Shown here: positions 13,149 to 25,472 of the stretch, piece by piece | How the letters are laid out: each line of letters starts with the position of its first letter | Position numbering within the stretch: the stretch's first letter is position 1 | NCBI GenBank assembly: GCA_951406725.2 | Contig: OX597837.1 | Coordinates: 14,942,001 to 15,006,000, forward strand | Length of the DNA: 64,000 nucleotides | Source of the DNA: Octopus vulgaris | Lineage: Eukaryota | Direction: 5' to 3' | Notes under the pieces: generated by a model | What the model was told of the DNA's origin: nothing | The model's input: the letters and a program-made list of their open reading frames with translations, nothing else | The model's database searches: none | Translations under genes and position numbers: made by a program

Positions 13149-13679
13149 TTCGAATTTTGCTGTTCACTTTAGAAGCTTTGTTCTTACCAGTGAGAATTGT
13201 ATGTTTACATGATAGGAATTTAGAAAGTTCAAAAAATATGAAATAAATAGTTTTTAACAGTGGATCTTAAAATAGTCAAACTGGGTGAAATGCTTTTTAT
13301 AAGAGAAACAGCAGTAAATTAATGAAGGGGATTTCATAATTCCTATTCTTTTGGCATTCATTAATTGATATTTTGCTCTGTACCCTCTAGACTCTTTACT
13401 CTAAACCATAAGTACATCAAGTCCTAACAACTGGTCAACACTGCAAAATTATATATATATGTATATTGTGTATTTTATTAGAAGTTGACGTTTCTTGATT
13501 CTTAACTCTGAGTTTCATTTAATTAATTAATCAATTAATCAAAGTAGGGAAGCAACATAACAACATGCAAGCAAAAACTTTAACAAACACACATTGCAAT
13601 ATGAAAGCTCAACAGTACATAGAGATTTGATTGGTTCCTGGAAAAGCTGTTAGTGAATGCATCAAACATTCATCTATTA

Positions 13680-14450
13680 AGTTGTCATGTGCAGAGCTTG
13701 AAAATATTTCCCCCTCTTTACATGCAATAACACACAATGTTCATTTTTCCAAAAGGTTTTATAATTGCTAACATTATCATCATTTAAACTTTAGCTGTAT
13801 TTAGATAGTGATGTAGTGAGGTATCTTTCTGTTCAAGCATATATAGGTGTATGTTACCAGACTGTTCTTGTAAAGGGGTTTTCAGGAAGTTCTTTTTGTT
13901 TCCCTATTATCTGAAAGAGACCATAACTTCGTAAACTAATTAGAAAAACACCCCCAGTTGAGAGCGCAGATATTAGGACTGTTCCTCATTTGTACAAAAA
14001 AGGGGTTTGCTTTTTCTATTGTCTGTGGAAGCAGGGAAATTTTTTTCTGCCTCTGTCGCTCACCTTAACACTAATTTTATTGTCTTATGTTTATGGTCTA
14101 TGGAGAAAGACTCTTTTATGATATTTAAGAAAGCTCTGATGATATCGGGATGAATATTTAATTGATAAGGAGGATTATACCATGTATTTCATTTTCTCCC
14201 TTTCCTGGTTTATTGGGTTAATGTATTTCCACTCATCCATTCTCTCTTTTGTTCTTTGGAATCTAAATTACATTACAATGCTCTCCAATGGAATATCTGA
14301 GACTAAATAATCCAGCAGGGTCTGGCTTTGTTTTTTCTATTTTTCTTTCTTTTTTTGAAAATGGAAGGAGTGATGCTAATGTGGTTGCTATTTCTAGTGG
14401 TATGATACTCAGTTTTTTAAGCAAGGCAAAGAAACTTCAATTAAAGAATT
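13680..14450 (-). mobile_element. Highly decayed Penelope-like element (RT thumb, linker and GIY-YIG remnant)
   Basis: Minus strand reads SNH...RKGRK*NTWYNPPYQLNIHPDIIRAFLNIIKESFSIDHKH (WYNPP at 14168-14182), then CAL, TSLSKY and YKTFWK. This matches the PLE pattern W(F/Y)NPP...FL...F...H...T.LSKY..W. Confidence 0.65.
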
Positions 14451-15535
14451 GTGTCTTTGGCATATCAATATTCAACTCATTTGTCTCCGTTGTGGACAGG
14501 ACAGAGATGTTGAGTGCAAATAAGTTGAGGGAACAACTGGTGTTTGTCCCCTGCCACCACACAGCAATCATTCTTGGTTTGTTTACATCCCCCTAACTTA
14601 GCAATTTGGTCAAAGAAACCAGTAGAATAAGTACCCAACTTAAAAATGTGTACTGGGGTCAATTTGTCAATTTGTTCAACTAAACACTTCAAGGTGGTGC
14701 CCCAGCATGGCCTCAGTCCAATGACTGAAACAAATATAAAAGATAAAAGATATATTGTACCACCACTTTGTCCAGCATGCCATTTTTGTTAAAGACAGTA
14801 GGATGTAATTTGAGAGAGAGAGAGAGTGATTTGGCTGCTATTTCTAGCAGGTCTAGTGACTGCATAGAAACTGCCTTCAGAGAATCTGGAAGATGCTGCA
14901 GCAGAATTGCAATAAACGATTCTGAACATCTTTTATCATAAAAATGAAAAACAGTAAATTTCTGATGATGCTAATGCGGAATAACAATTGACCCCATTCG
15001 TTAATTTTGCTCCAAGCAAACACTTTTAATTGCTAACGATAAACAGTTTTAATGTTCCATTATATTCCATATGATTTTATATACGCACTGTAGACACACT
15101 CACAGACATTTATTCTTTAAGACAGCTTGTTTGGAAAGCTTCACCTTGCAAGAATACCCCATAAAAACCCACCCCAAAAAATGTCTGAGTTGAAATGGGT
15201 TTCTCTAACCATTTCCAGCTGTTACATTATTGTTGTTGTTGTTGTTCACACCACAACCAACCAGATATAAACCCTTTGTGTGACTGTGATACACAGGGGC
15301 GTATAGAGGCGTGGTTGTGTGGTTAAGGAGCTCACTTAGCAACTAGTTAGTTTCAGGTTCAGTCCCACTGTGCAGCATCTTGGGGAAAATGTCTTATGGG
15401 TCTCCAACTCTAGCCCCAGATTGACCAATCCCTTGTCTATGAATGTGGATGACAGTATGATAAAAATGGTTTCGAAATACATATACATGCACGCGCATAT
15501 ATATATACATATATATATACATAACTATCTATCTA

Positions 15536-15578
<43 letters not shown>

Positions 15579-15602
15579 AATTCTTTGGTGTAGCAATGGC
15601 AC

Positions 15603-15695
15603 GCGGCTGAAGAAGGCTTTTGATCTATCTGTTATATCGATTATGCATTGATGTAAGAATAAGTTGTTCTATAAAGCCCGAAACATATGTACCGC
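15603..15695 (+). ncRNA. Type I hammerhead ribozyme motif
   Basis: Stem I gcgg/ccgc, core CTGAAGA 15607-15613, stem II ggcttt/aaagcc with long loop, GAAA 15680-15683, palindromic stem III acatatgt, predicted cut after GUA at 15691. Confidence 0.65.
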
Positions 15696-15784
15696 AACAT
15701 CCTTTGCGTCTTGACCTCGTGTGTACCATTGGCGATTTTTTTTTTTCCTCTGTCTTCCCTTCTCTGGATCTTTCCTTCTCCTAT

Positions 15785-15819
15785 GTTTCCGACGAAGAGC
15801 TCCGCTCGAAACTTTAAAC
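15785..15819 (+). ncRNA. Minimal hammerhead motif, mutated
   Basis: Stem I gttt/aaac, ccGACGA(a), stem II gagc-tcc-gctc, GAAAc. U4 and stem III deviate from consensus. Confidence 0.55.
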
Positions 15820-15919
15820 CCTCCTTCTTTCCTTCTTTCCTGAGTGTCCAATAATACTATATTTGTTCCACGTCCTCGCGTTGTTGTGTTTTCTCTTTGT
15901 GCTTTCTTGTTTGGATTAA

Positions 15920-15958
<39 letters not shown>

Positions 15959-17819
15959 TAGATATAAAATTAAAGCGTATAAAAAGAGTGACAAGATTCA
16001 TATGTTAACTCAATGATTTTGGTCAAGCTTTACTCATCATTTTTCTCTTGGGCTTTGTTGTATCTTTCCTTGATCTCCCACATTTTCTGTTTATACCCAA
16101 GATAGATCTGTTTGAGAGCAGATCTGATGATCAAAGACAATCCAGCCAATCTCAGTGACACATCTCAGGAAAGTGTCTTCAACTGTAGAGCTGAACCAAC
16201 CAATGCCTTGTGAATGAATTTGATGGATAGAAACTGGGTGGAAACCAATGTGTGTGTGTTTGTCCCCATCCCTATATTGTGACAACTGGTGTTGGTTTGT
16301 TTATATCCCCATAAGTTAGTGTTTTGGCAATAAAGACTCACAGAAAAAGTATCAGACTTAAAAATAAGTACTGGGGACAATTGGCTCACCTAAACCTTTC
16401 AGGGCAGTGCCCCAGCATGGCCACAGTCAAATGACCGAAACAAGTAAAAGATAGAAAAAACAGATGCAAAAACATGAGACTGCAACAATTTCCATAATTA
16501 TCAAGTTAAGAACTTGGACGTTCATCATTTTCCAAAACTGAATATTATTGAAGCTACATCAGCCGCTTTGGCACTTCCATTACTCCCTGGGCCATTCTAT
16601 AACTGAACTGGCACCTTTACAACTCAAACGAACCAGTAAATGGATCTGAGCTCAGCCTCCTCCAAGAGAACATTGATGCTACCTTAGCCATTTTAGCTTC
16701 CTCTATGCCCTCTTCTATGTACCTGCTTTAAGTAAACTGGCACCTTTACAAATCACGTGATTCGGTTTTTGATAAAGAATCTGATCTGAAACCCTCGAGA
16801 GAATACGACGGAGTGCGTGGGGGTTGTGAGAGGGAGAGAGGAAGAGGAGAGAAGGTAAATGTTGTTACCTTTCTCTGTTTGGTAACTCAGAAGGCAGCTG
16901 TTTAACATTAAATATTTGAAAAATCAAATAAAGAAAGAAACGAGAAATAAATGTAATTTCCTTCCACCTTTTCAGACCTTTTCTTTAATCTTCTCCCCTC
17001 ATTCACTTCACAACTTCAGTATCAGGTTAGAAATTTCAATACACAAAGATATACATACATACATGCATATATATATATATATATATAGTTGAGGAAAGCT
17101 TATATTTTGGAATTTTGGGAGCAAATAATAATTAAAAGAATATTAAGGGCTTAACAAGAATTTATCCCCTTCATGCAAAGGGGATGGAATGAAGATGGTA
17201 GTGTTTTGTGTGTATGTATGTATGTATGTATGTATGTATATGTGTATATATATACAGATAGATATAGATATATATCTATCATTTATGTACATGTACGTAT
17301 AAATGTATATGTGTATATTTCTATGTATGTATATATGCATGAATATACATATATGGGTGTGTAAATAAATATGCATGTGCATATATATATGTGTGTGTGT
17401 GTGTGTATTTTGTACACATATAGGAGTTGCCGTTTGAAAATTTATGTAATAATGTTTAGAAATTTAGAAAATTCTTGAGTGGAAACAAAGAATTTGCAGT
17501 CTTGAAAATGTACAGGGTTCTTTTTGGGGGCCGTGTTACATTTCACACTGCTTCTGAGACAGATTCCTTCAAAGATAATACCAGATGTTACCAAACTGGG
17601 ATTGCATTACCTATTTGTAAATTACCAGTTTTGAATGAACAAACAAAACTGACAATGGGAGCCTACAACCTTCACACCGTTCAGCGCCAACACATCAAAT
17701 TTGCAACAGATCCTTGTAAATAGGGGAGCCCTGGTAAATAGACTTATGTAATGTAGCAGTTTGTCCCCTGCAAATATTTTACTGTTTACAAAATTATTGA
17801 AGTATGATATCTACAATAC

Positions 17820-18515
17820 GTACATATATGAGCATGTCTAGACATGCAATTATATGCATGAGAATACGTACGTAAAACAAAACATACAAATCTATACAAA
17901 ACATACATATGTCCCAGTGGAAACCTCAATAAAATGTAAGCCCAACAGACCTGATATAAGGATTTGGGAAAGAGAAGAGAAACTGTGTACAGTTGTGGAA
18001 ATTAGCTGCCCAGTGGATGTTAACATAAAGCTGAAGATTAGTGAAAGAGAGAGCACCTATGCTGAACTATTGAGAAATCTGCAGTTACTCTATCCAGATT
18101 ACAAGTACAGGTTTTTACCTGTAATTATTGGGGCCCTGGGATATATAATGCACTGCCTAGATACCAATCTTGAGAAATTAGGTTTCTCAAAACCAGAAAG
18201 GAAAAAGCTGATTTGAAGACTACAGATCCAATCTGTCACTGGAACTGTTAAAATCTGTAAAACTTCTCAGAAGTTTATCATTTCAATATATACATGAGCA
18301 TGTCTAGATATGTAACTGTATGCATGGGAATACAAGCATAAAGAAAAACATACAAATCTGCACATATACATACAAACAAACAAAAATACCCTGTTGTCGA
18401 TGTTGAAATTCCAATGAAGGAGCCTTGGATCTAGGTTAGAAACCGGATCCTTCTCAATTGGCAAGAAATCTTGAAATAAACTGAATAATGACATACATTC
18501 ATACATACATATATA
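17820..18515 (+). mobile_element. 5'-truncated non-LTR retrotransposon with restriction-like endonuclease (R2/R4/NeSL group)
   Basis: ORF remnant NRPDIRIWEREEKLCTVVEISCPVD...KISERESTYAELL...PVIIGALG is a PD-(D/E)xK RLE domain. Premature TGA at 18214. The 3' UTR ends aataaactgaataatga(cata)n, and a 3' UTR fragment is duplicated upstream at 17820-17910. Confidence 0.8.
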
Positions 18516-18647
18516 CATATGTGTGAGAGGATGCTGAAAAGTTTCTGGCTTTAAGAGTATCCGGGAAGGCTTGGTTGGAGACTCAACCTTCAGTGGACAT
18601 AAACACACAAACACCAGTTGTCAAGCAGGACAAAGACAGACACACAG

Positions 18648-18689
<42 letters not shown>

Positions 18690-19134
18690 ACATATACATA
18701 CATATATACAATGGGCTTCTTTCAGTTTTCATCTACCAAATCCACTCACAAGGCTTTGGTTGGCCCAAAGTTAAAGTAGAAGACACTTGCCCAAGGTGCC
18801 ATGCGGTGGGACTGAACCCAAAACCTTGTGGTTGAGAAGCAAGCCTCTTACCACACAGCCATTTCTATATGCAGCAGTAGCAATATTGTAATGCCCTCTT
18901 CCATGCTTCCATGGACTGGACAGAGTTCGTTGGGGCCCTTCCTGTCTCTAACCCTCACCTTTTTCTAAGCAAGGTGATACTTTCCCCTTTGCTAGATAGG
19001 TTTTCACAGAATATCGGAAATGAATGACACTGCTTGTATAACAGTGACTCTCATTTACAGCTATCATGTGAAGTCCAAAGCATACACATGTATGTATGTA
19101 TGTATGCATGTATGTACCTATTAATACTTAATAT

Positions 19135-19390
19135 TCATTCGAGCGTGATCGTTACCAGCTACATTTGAGCGTGATTGTTACCAACATCACCTACTGGCAA
19201 CTGTGCTGGTGGCATGTATAAAAAGATTCAAGCGAGGTCGTTGCCAGTACCGCCTGACTGGCACGTAAAAAGCACCCACTTCACTCTTGGAGTGGTTGGC
19301 GTTAGGAAGGGAAGCCATCTGGTTCGCCAGTCCTCAGTCAAATCGTCCAACCCATGCTAGCCTGGAAAGCGGACGGTAAATGATGATGAT
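19135..19390 (+). mobile_element. SINE family C 3' part with (gat)n tail
   Basis: ggcacgtaaaaagcacccact...ggttggcgttaggaaggg...ccaacccatgctagc...tgatgatgat. Copies at 26390-26750, 33280-33595 and 48010-48192 (+); 26060-26210, 49275-49470 and 53040-53330 (-). Confidence 0.75.
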
Positions 19391-19887
19391 TCCTTCAGTG
19401 AGCCTTTGGAAATAGGTGTGGTACATAACTACCTATTCCATTCCCTTCGCCCACAGATATATATTGGTTTGCTATAAGAGAAATAAAGGAGATATATAAA
19501 TAGACTTACATAGATATACACACATGCAATGAATACAATCCTTCTTCTTGAAAGATTGGGTGTGAGTTGAGTGAAACATCTGTAATAATGGGTGTCTATT
19601 GTATCCGAGATGACAGGGAGCTGAACATCAAATACCATCTGGGTGTGTACGAATGATATGCATTTGAGTATTTTCAAAGTAAAATGCATAACACCCACAT
19701 TTGAGGGGGAAAATATTTTTTCTGAAATATACAAGGTTTGTATGAACACACACACAGACAAACAGACAGACAAGTGGAGCCTGTTGCAGCTCTCTGACTT
19801 ACCTGTCCTAGTCAAACTGTCTCACCTATGCCAACAAGAAAAACAGATGCTAAGTGGTGGTGGTGGTCTAAATAAACATATATATAT

Positions 19888-20112
19888 ATGGCGGAGGGTT
19901 GCTGAAAAGTTCCTGGTTTTAAGGGTATCACAAAAGGCCTGGTTGGAGGCCCAAACTTCTGAGTTCTTTTACAGGTCTTAGAAAAACTGAAGGACCATTA
20001 CAATAAGTGTGTTAATCTGAGAGAGAAACAAAGATAAAATCATAATTAACTGATCCTCCTCGTTTTTATTTTATCCAAAGCCAGGAACTTTTCAGCGACC
20101 CCCCCTCCTTTA
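19888..20112 (+). mobile_element. Mariner-derived MITE
   Basis: TIRs gctgaaaagttcctgg / ccaggaacttttcagc in a TA context. The interior resembles the mariner transposase C-terminus (FF..GLEKL...NKCV.L.G). Copies at 22825-23054 and partial 18522-18590. Confidence 0.75.
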
Positions 20113-20179
20113 TATATTTCACACAGAGAGTGAGATGCATGCATATGTGTATGCACTGTATACAATAAGCTCATATTAT

Positions 20180-20192
20180 AAATATGTATGTA

Positions 20193-20249
<57 letters not shown>

Positions 20250-20390
20250 ATATATGTATCTGTATGTATGTATATATATGTATCTGTATGTATGTATATA
20301 TATGTATCTGTATGTGTGTATATATATGTATCTGTATGTGTGTACATATATGCATGTGTGTATGCATATATATATACACACACACATACA
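20180..20390. repeat. Compound (TA)/(TG) microsatellite with tatatatgtatctgtatgtatg units
   Basis: Visible directly. Confidence 0.9.
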
Positions 20391-20937
20391 TTGGACTTCC
20401 TGTTTTCAGTTGGACATAATTAAATTGTCCAATCAGCTGAATTACCTACTTATTGGATAATATTAGTGTAAGTGGGTGACTATTTCACAAGCACTTCTTG
20501 TGTCCTTAACGTAATCCTCAGACAGAACCAGTTTACAAGGCTGGCCTCTTGAATTACAGTTTTTCACTGGATTGTCTCCGTTTCCCCCCAAATGCCTCCT
20601 TGGGTTTGGCCCAGACTACAATAGAGGAAATTTGTTCGAAACACCTCATGACCTCAAAACAAACTGCTTGACCATTGCACCATTCTTGTGTCCAAGCAGA
20701 TGTATTTACACCAATAGTACACAAAGCGGTGGGCCATGTCTCATATTGGGGTCCGCACAATTGTTTTTTGGGGGTTTTTTTAGGTTCAGGTGTAGGTGTT
20801 TGGTTTATATTAATAAACCTTTAATGTTTCCTTGTGCCAGGATTGGAACCCAATATCAGAAGTACTACAGTGTTTATTCTCAATTGAATTAGCAGCCGGG
20901 CGTGCCTCCTCCTGTTTATAAAGGGAAGTGTGTGTTT

Positions 20938-21892
20938 ATAGTCACAGTTCTAGGACAGCATTCTACACCATATGAGATGTCATCGGGTGTACCACAGGGA
21001 TCTGTCCTTGGTCCCCTCTTGTTTGTGGCATACATTAATGACATAGATGCCAATTTAAAGAATGCCACAGTATTGAAAGATGCAGACGACATCAAGCTGT
21101 ACCTTGAAATCAAGAGGACAGATCCTGATGTCCACAACTCTTTCCTGCAATCAGACCTAGACACAATGCAGCAATGGATCACAGACTGGCAACTGAAACT
21201 GGCTGTGGACAAGTGTACCACCATGCATTTTGGGAGAAAAAACCCTGCATCCACATACTCCCTCCACAACACTGATATCAAGAAATCCTCTTGCGAGCGT
21301 GACCTAGGCATCACTGTCAGCAGTGATTTGCGTTGGACAAAGCATATCTCTAAAATTGTCAAGAAGGCCGAGGGTGTCTTGGCATCACTCAGCAAGACTT
21401 TTGTTAGCCGCTCTCCAGCCATCTATTTAAAACTGTATACAGCTATGGTACGACCACACTTGGAATTCGCATCATCAGTTTGGAACCCCTATCTTGCTCA
21501 GAACATTGACCTCCTGGAATCTGTCCAGAGACGTGCAACCAAACGCATACCCTCCATCAGACACCTACCATATTCTGAGCGCCTTGTTTCCCTGGGCATG
21601 GATTCACTGAAGCTCCGGCGTCTGGCGACGGACTTGGTAAACACCCACAAAGTTATCAACCACCTCACCAACAACAACACTGAACACCTTTTTGATCTCC
21701 ATGTGTCCAACACACGTGGACATGCCTACAAAGTCAGAAAACAACACAGCTCCCATGACTTTCGGAAACATTTTTTCACGCTCAGAGTTGCTGAAGCAGT
21801 GGAATAAACTGCCTGCGTCAGTTGTTGACTGCCATGACACTGCATCCTTTAAGGCCCTCATGCTTTCCGAAATCCGCCGAAACTACACCTGA
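20938..21892 (+). pseudogene. Reverse transcriptase C-terminal part of a CR1/L2-group LINE, disabled
   Basis: SGVPQGSVLGPLLF, DADD in place of YADD (21079-21090), RDLG, LYTAMVRPHLEFASSVWNP, LESVQRRATK, TRGH, and WNKLP after a +1 frameshift at about 21799. Confidence 0.92.
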
Positions 21893-21948
21893 TTATATAT
21901 ACACTTTAGATGAGTTGTAGTGCACCTGAGCACTGTACACAATGTTTA

Positions 21949-21974
<26 letters not shown>
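20938..21974 (+). mobile_element. 5'-truncated CR1/L2-group LINE with (ATT)n tail
   Basis: RT remnant, 3' UTR gtgcacctgagcactgtacacaa and (att)n. The same 3' end recurs alone at about 31765-31823. Confidence 0.9.
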
Positions 21975-21979
<5 letters not shown>

Positions 21980-22149
21980 GTGTATATGTGTGTATGAATG
22001 TGTTTGCATATGTACATGTGTAGGCAGGTGTGTGTTAGGCAGGTGTGTTTAGGCAGGTGTGTTTAGGCAGGTGTGTTTATGTGTCTCTGTATGTATGTAT
22101 ATGTTTGTACATGCACGTGTGTGTGTGTGTGTGTGTGTTTATGTGCTTA

Positions 22150-22349
22150 CTCTTTTACTTGTTTCAGTCATTTGACTGTGGCCATGCTGGAGCACCGCCT
22201 TTAGTCGAGCAAATCGACCCCGGGACTTATTCTTTTCTAAGCCCAGTACTTATTCGATCGGTCTCTTTTGCCGAACCGCTATGTAACGGGGACATAAACA
22301 CACCAGCATCGGTTGTCAAGCAATACTAGGGGGACAAACACACAAACGC

Positions 22350-22380
<31 letters not shown>

Positions 22381-22545
22381 CATACATATATATATATATG
22401 ACGGGCTTCTTTCAGTTTCCGTCTACCAAATCCACTCACAAGGCTTTGGTCAGCCCGAGGCTATAGTAGAAGACACTTGCTCAAGGTGCCACGCAGTGGG
22501 ACTGAACCCGGAACCATGTGGTTGGTAAACAAGCTACTTACCACA
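22150..22545 (-). mobile_element. SINE family B, young CpG-retaining copy with internal (TA)n
   Basis: Nearly complete reverse complement of the family consensus. The 3' half is nearly identical to 43100-43315 (+). Confidence 0.85.
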
Positions 22546-22824
22546 TGTATGTGAACATATGTATATTTTGTGCATGTTCATGTGTGTACATATATATATA
22601 TATGTATGTGTGTTTAAAAGTGTATGTTTGTATGTGTAAATATGTTTGTATTTATGTGTGTACCTTTTTGTGTATGTCTGCACGGGTTTGTATGGCTACA
22701 TGTTAACTTGTATGTAGATACATGTGTTTATACATATACATGTTTGTGTGTGTATATGTATGTATTTACAGATGTACATGTTTGCATGTGTGTGCGCATG
22801 TGTTTATGGGTGTATGTGTACATG

Positions 22825-23054
22825 TACGAGGGGAGTGCTGGAAAGATCCTGGCTTTAAGGGGTTTGCGAAAGTCCAGGTCGGAAGACCAATCATCGAGTC
22901 CTTTTCCAGGGCTTAGAAAAACCGAAGGACCCCTGCAATAAGTGTGTGAATCTGAGAGGGGAATACATTGCATAAAATCATAATTAACCATTCCTCCTCT
23001 ATTTTCTTTTACCCAAAGCCAGGAAATTTTCAGCCCCCCCCCCCCCCCATCATG
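22825..23054 (+). mobile_element. Mariner-derived MITE
   Basis: Starts TA-cgagggg...gctggaaagatcctggcttt and ends aaagccaggaaattttcagcccc. Confidence 0.75.
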
Positions 23055-23329
23055 TGTATATATTGCACATGTAAACATGCACAAACTAATTAACATGAAG
23101 TGGAAAGGTAATATTTTAAAAAAATATATTGGACTGTTTAACAAAATAACTGTGGCACTTGTAATTCATATCCAGCCATTTCCCACCCACCCCTTCTCCC
23201 GTTCTCACAACATGCAATACAAACACATTATATACAAAAATACACACATACATATATATACACACACATATATATAGTGAATATGAAGTTGTAGTTCATA
23301 TTCACTAATTCCCTGCTTTCTCTCACAAT

Positions 23330-23480
23330 ACAAATATGTATGTGTGTGTGTGTGTATATATGTGTATATATATGTATGTATCTATATATGTATGTATCTA
23401 TATATGTATGTATATATGTATGTGTATATATGTATGTATGTATATATATATACATGTATATATGTATATATATATGTATA

Positions 23481-23515
<35 letters not shown>

Positions 23516-23570
23516 ATATGTCTATATATGTATATGTGTATGTATATATGTGTATGTATATGTATATATC
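23330..23570. repeat. Compound (TA/TG) microsatellite
   Basis: Visible directly. Confidence 0.9.
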
Positions 23571-24469
23571 TCATTTGTAGATAATTTAATTTATTATATT
23601 ATATATACATATTCTTGCCGTTCTCTGCATCGTTCAACAACATCCTGCTGTTAAGGATGTATAGGTACTTGTCGTGGTGCTACATGCGCTGTAATGTTGT
23701 AGTAGACTTTAACATATCCTCTTACATGGTAGCTTTTGTGAGGAGGAGGAGGAGGAGGAAGAAGAGGAGAAGACGGCCTACAGATACACTTACAACCAAA
23801 CACACACACACACACACACGGCAATATGTGTTATTCTTTAATCTCTTCTTCTTGCAACTTTTTTTTGTTGTTTTTTGTTTTCCTTTTTTTGTGTGTGTGC
23901 CCCCCCCCCCCCTTCCATCCCTAATGAACGGTGTTTGGAGAATGAGTAAACATATGCTAAGTTAAGACAAGAATTAAAGAAAAGAATTTGCTGCAAAACA
24001 AGAAATGGATTTTTTCTGGGGTTTTTTGGGGTTTTTTTTTTTTGGTCTTTTTGGTAAATTCTATTGTGAGACGGGAGCGGGGTGGGGGTGGGCTGCTTCT
24101 TATTCTGATTCTGTTGCTGCCATTCCATAATTGAGATATATCTTATGTTTAAAGGAATATACAGCAATGAAATCAGATACGGTGATGCCGAGCCCACCCA
24201 CCACCCCGTTCACGCACCACACTCTCACTAAATTCTCCCCTGCCAAACACACCCTGGTCCTTTAGAACTTCCAACTCATGTAATTGCTATCCATATTTCT
24301 TGGTAACGCCCCATTTTCGTAGCGCCAACACTTAAGACTCTAGTTCTCTCTTCCTACAGCACCTTCGCCAATCCAAATCTCTTGAATAATAAAAGAAATA
24401 CAAATTTACGAATATACATTTAAACATCAGCATCATCATCATAATTATTATTATTGTTATTATTATTAA

Positions 24470-24760
24470 TGTGGCGTTCTGGCAGAGTCATTAGCATGCC
24501 TGGAAAAATGCTTAGCGATATTTTGTCTGCTGTTATGTTCTGAGTTCAAATTCCGCCGAGCTCGACTTTGCCTTTCACCTTTTCGGGGTCGATTAAATAA
24601 ATACCAGTTACGTACTGAGGTTGATGTAATTGACTTAATCCGTTTGTCTGTCCCCTGTCCCCTCTATGTTTAGCCCCTTGTGGGTAGTAAAGAAATAGAT
24701 ATTTCATCTGCTGCTATGCTCTGAGTTCAAATTCTACCAATGTCGATTTTGCCTTTACAG
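24470..24760 (+). mobile_element. SINE family A with a partial second tandem unit
   Basis: Restarts after aaagaaata at about 24697. Confidence 0.75.
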
Positions 24761-24887
24761 AGTGCACTTGATGGTTTTGCTGTGGCACCGGCTTTCTTTC
24801 ACAACATTGGCACCATACAGATAACCCTTCAAATTAACTCTAAATAAAAAAGAAACACACAAACAAACAAACATCTATATATATATA

Positions 24888-25218
24888 TGGCTCAGTGGTT
24901 AGAGCGTCGAGCTTACGATCGTGAGGTTGTGAGCTCGAATCCCGGACCGGGCTGCGTGTTGTGTTCTTGAGCAAGGCACTTTATTTCACGTTGCTCCAGT
25001 TCACTCAGCTGTAGAAATGAGTTGCGACGTCACAGGTGCCAAGCTGTATCGACCTTTGTCTTTCCCTTGGATAACACTGGTGGCGTGGAGAGGGGAGGCT
25101 GGTATGCATGGGTGACTGCTGGCCTTCCATAAACAACCTTGCCCGGACTTGTGTCTAGGAAGGTAACTTTCTAGGTGCAATCCCATGGTCATTCATGACC
25201 GAAGGGGGTCTTTACCCT
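24888..25218 (+). mobile_element. Young tRNA(Arg)-like SINE family D (possibly octopus OR-type) inserted in (TA)n
   Basis: Head tggctcagtggttagagcgtcgagcttACGatcgtgaggttgtgagctcgaatccc, CORE-like cttgagcaaggcacttt, CpGs intact, (TA)n on both sides. Confidence 0.8.
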
Positions 25219-25235
25219 TATATATATATATATAT

Positions 25236-25421
25236 CGCCATGATAGATCGTTAGCTACTACACACATTTTTTTTCTCTCCTTGTTTTCTTCTGTGTCCCT
25301 TTCTGTAGAAGAACGTAGGCTCGAAACGTAAAAGACTTTTTCTATTCCTAAGCGTTATACTAATACATCTGTTTATTTTGTACACCACCTGTCTTCATCT
25401 TTTGCTTTTTTTCATAAACCT

Positions 25422-25424
<3 letters not shown>
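25236..25424 (+). mobile_element. (TA)n-flanked cassette with a minimal hammerhead (25299-25334)
   Basis: Stem I cttt/aaag, ctgtaga(a), gaac-gtag-gctc, GAAACGTA. Downstream ttcct.ag.gt...taatac resembles 15837-15860. Confidence 0.6.

Positions 25425-25472
<48 letters not shown>

Larger units (their letters stand above)
15576..15922 (+). mobile_element. (TA)n-flanked cassette with two hammerhead motifs (Penelope pLTR or retrozyme-like)
   Basis: Bounded by (TA)n on both sides; hammerhead motifs at 15603-15695 and 15785-15819. Confidence 0.65.

Noticed and set aside
19540-19585. Hammerhead-like cttgaaaga...gaaac
   Set aside because: No convincing stem I, II or III pairing.
20902-21807. 301-aa ORF as a functional reverse transcriptase gene
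   Set aside because: It is 5'-truncated, has DADD for YADD and is frameshifted near the end. The overlapping minus-strand ORFs are shadows.
24888-24955. tRNA-Arg(ACG) gene
   Set aside because: Acceptor and anticodon stems are incomplete, and it continues into a SINE body with no Pol III terminator.
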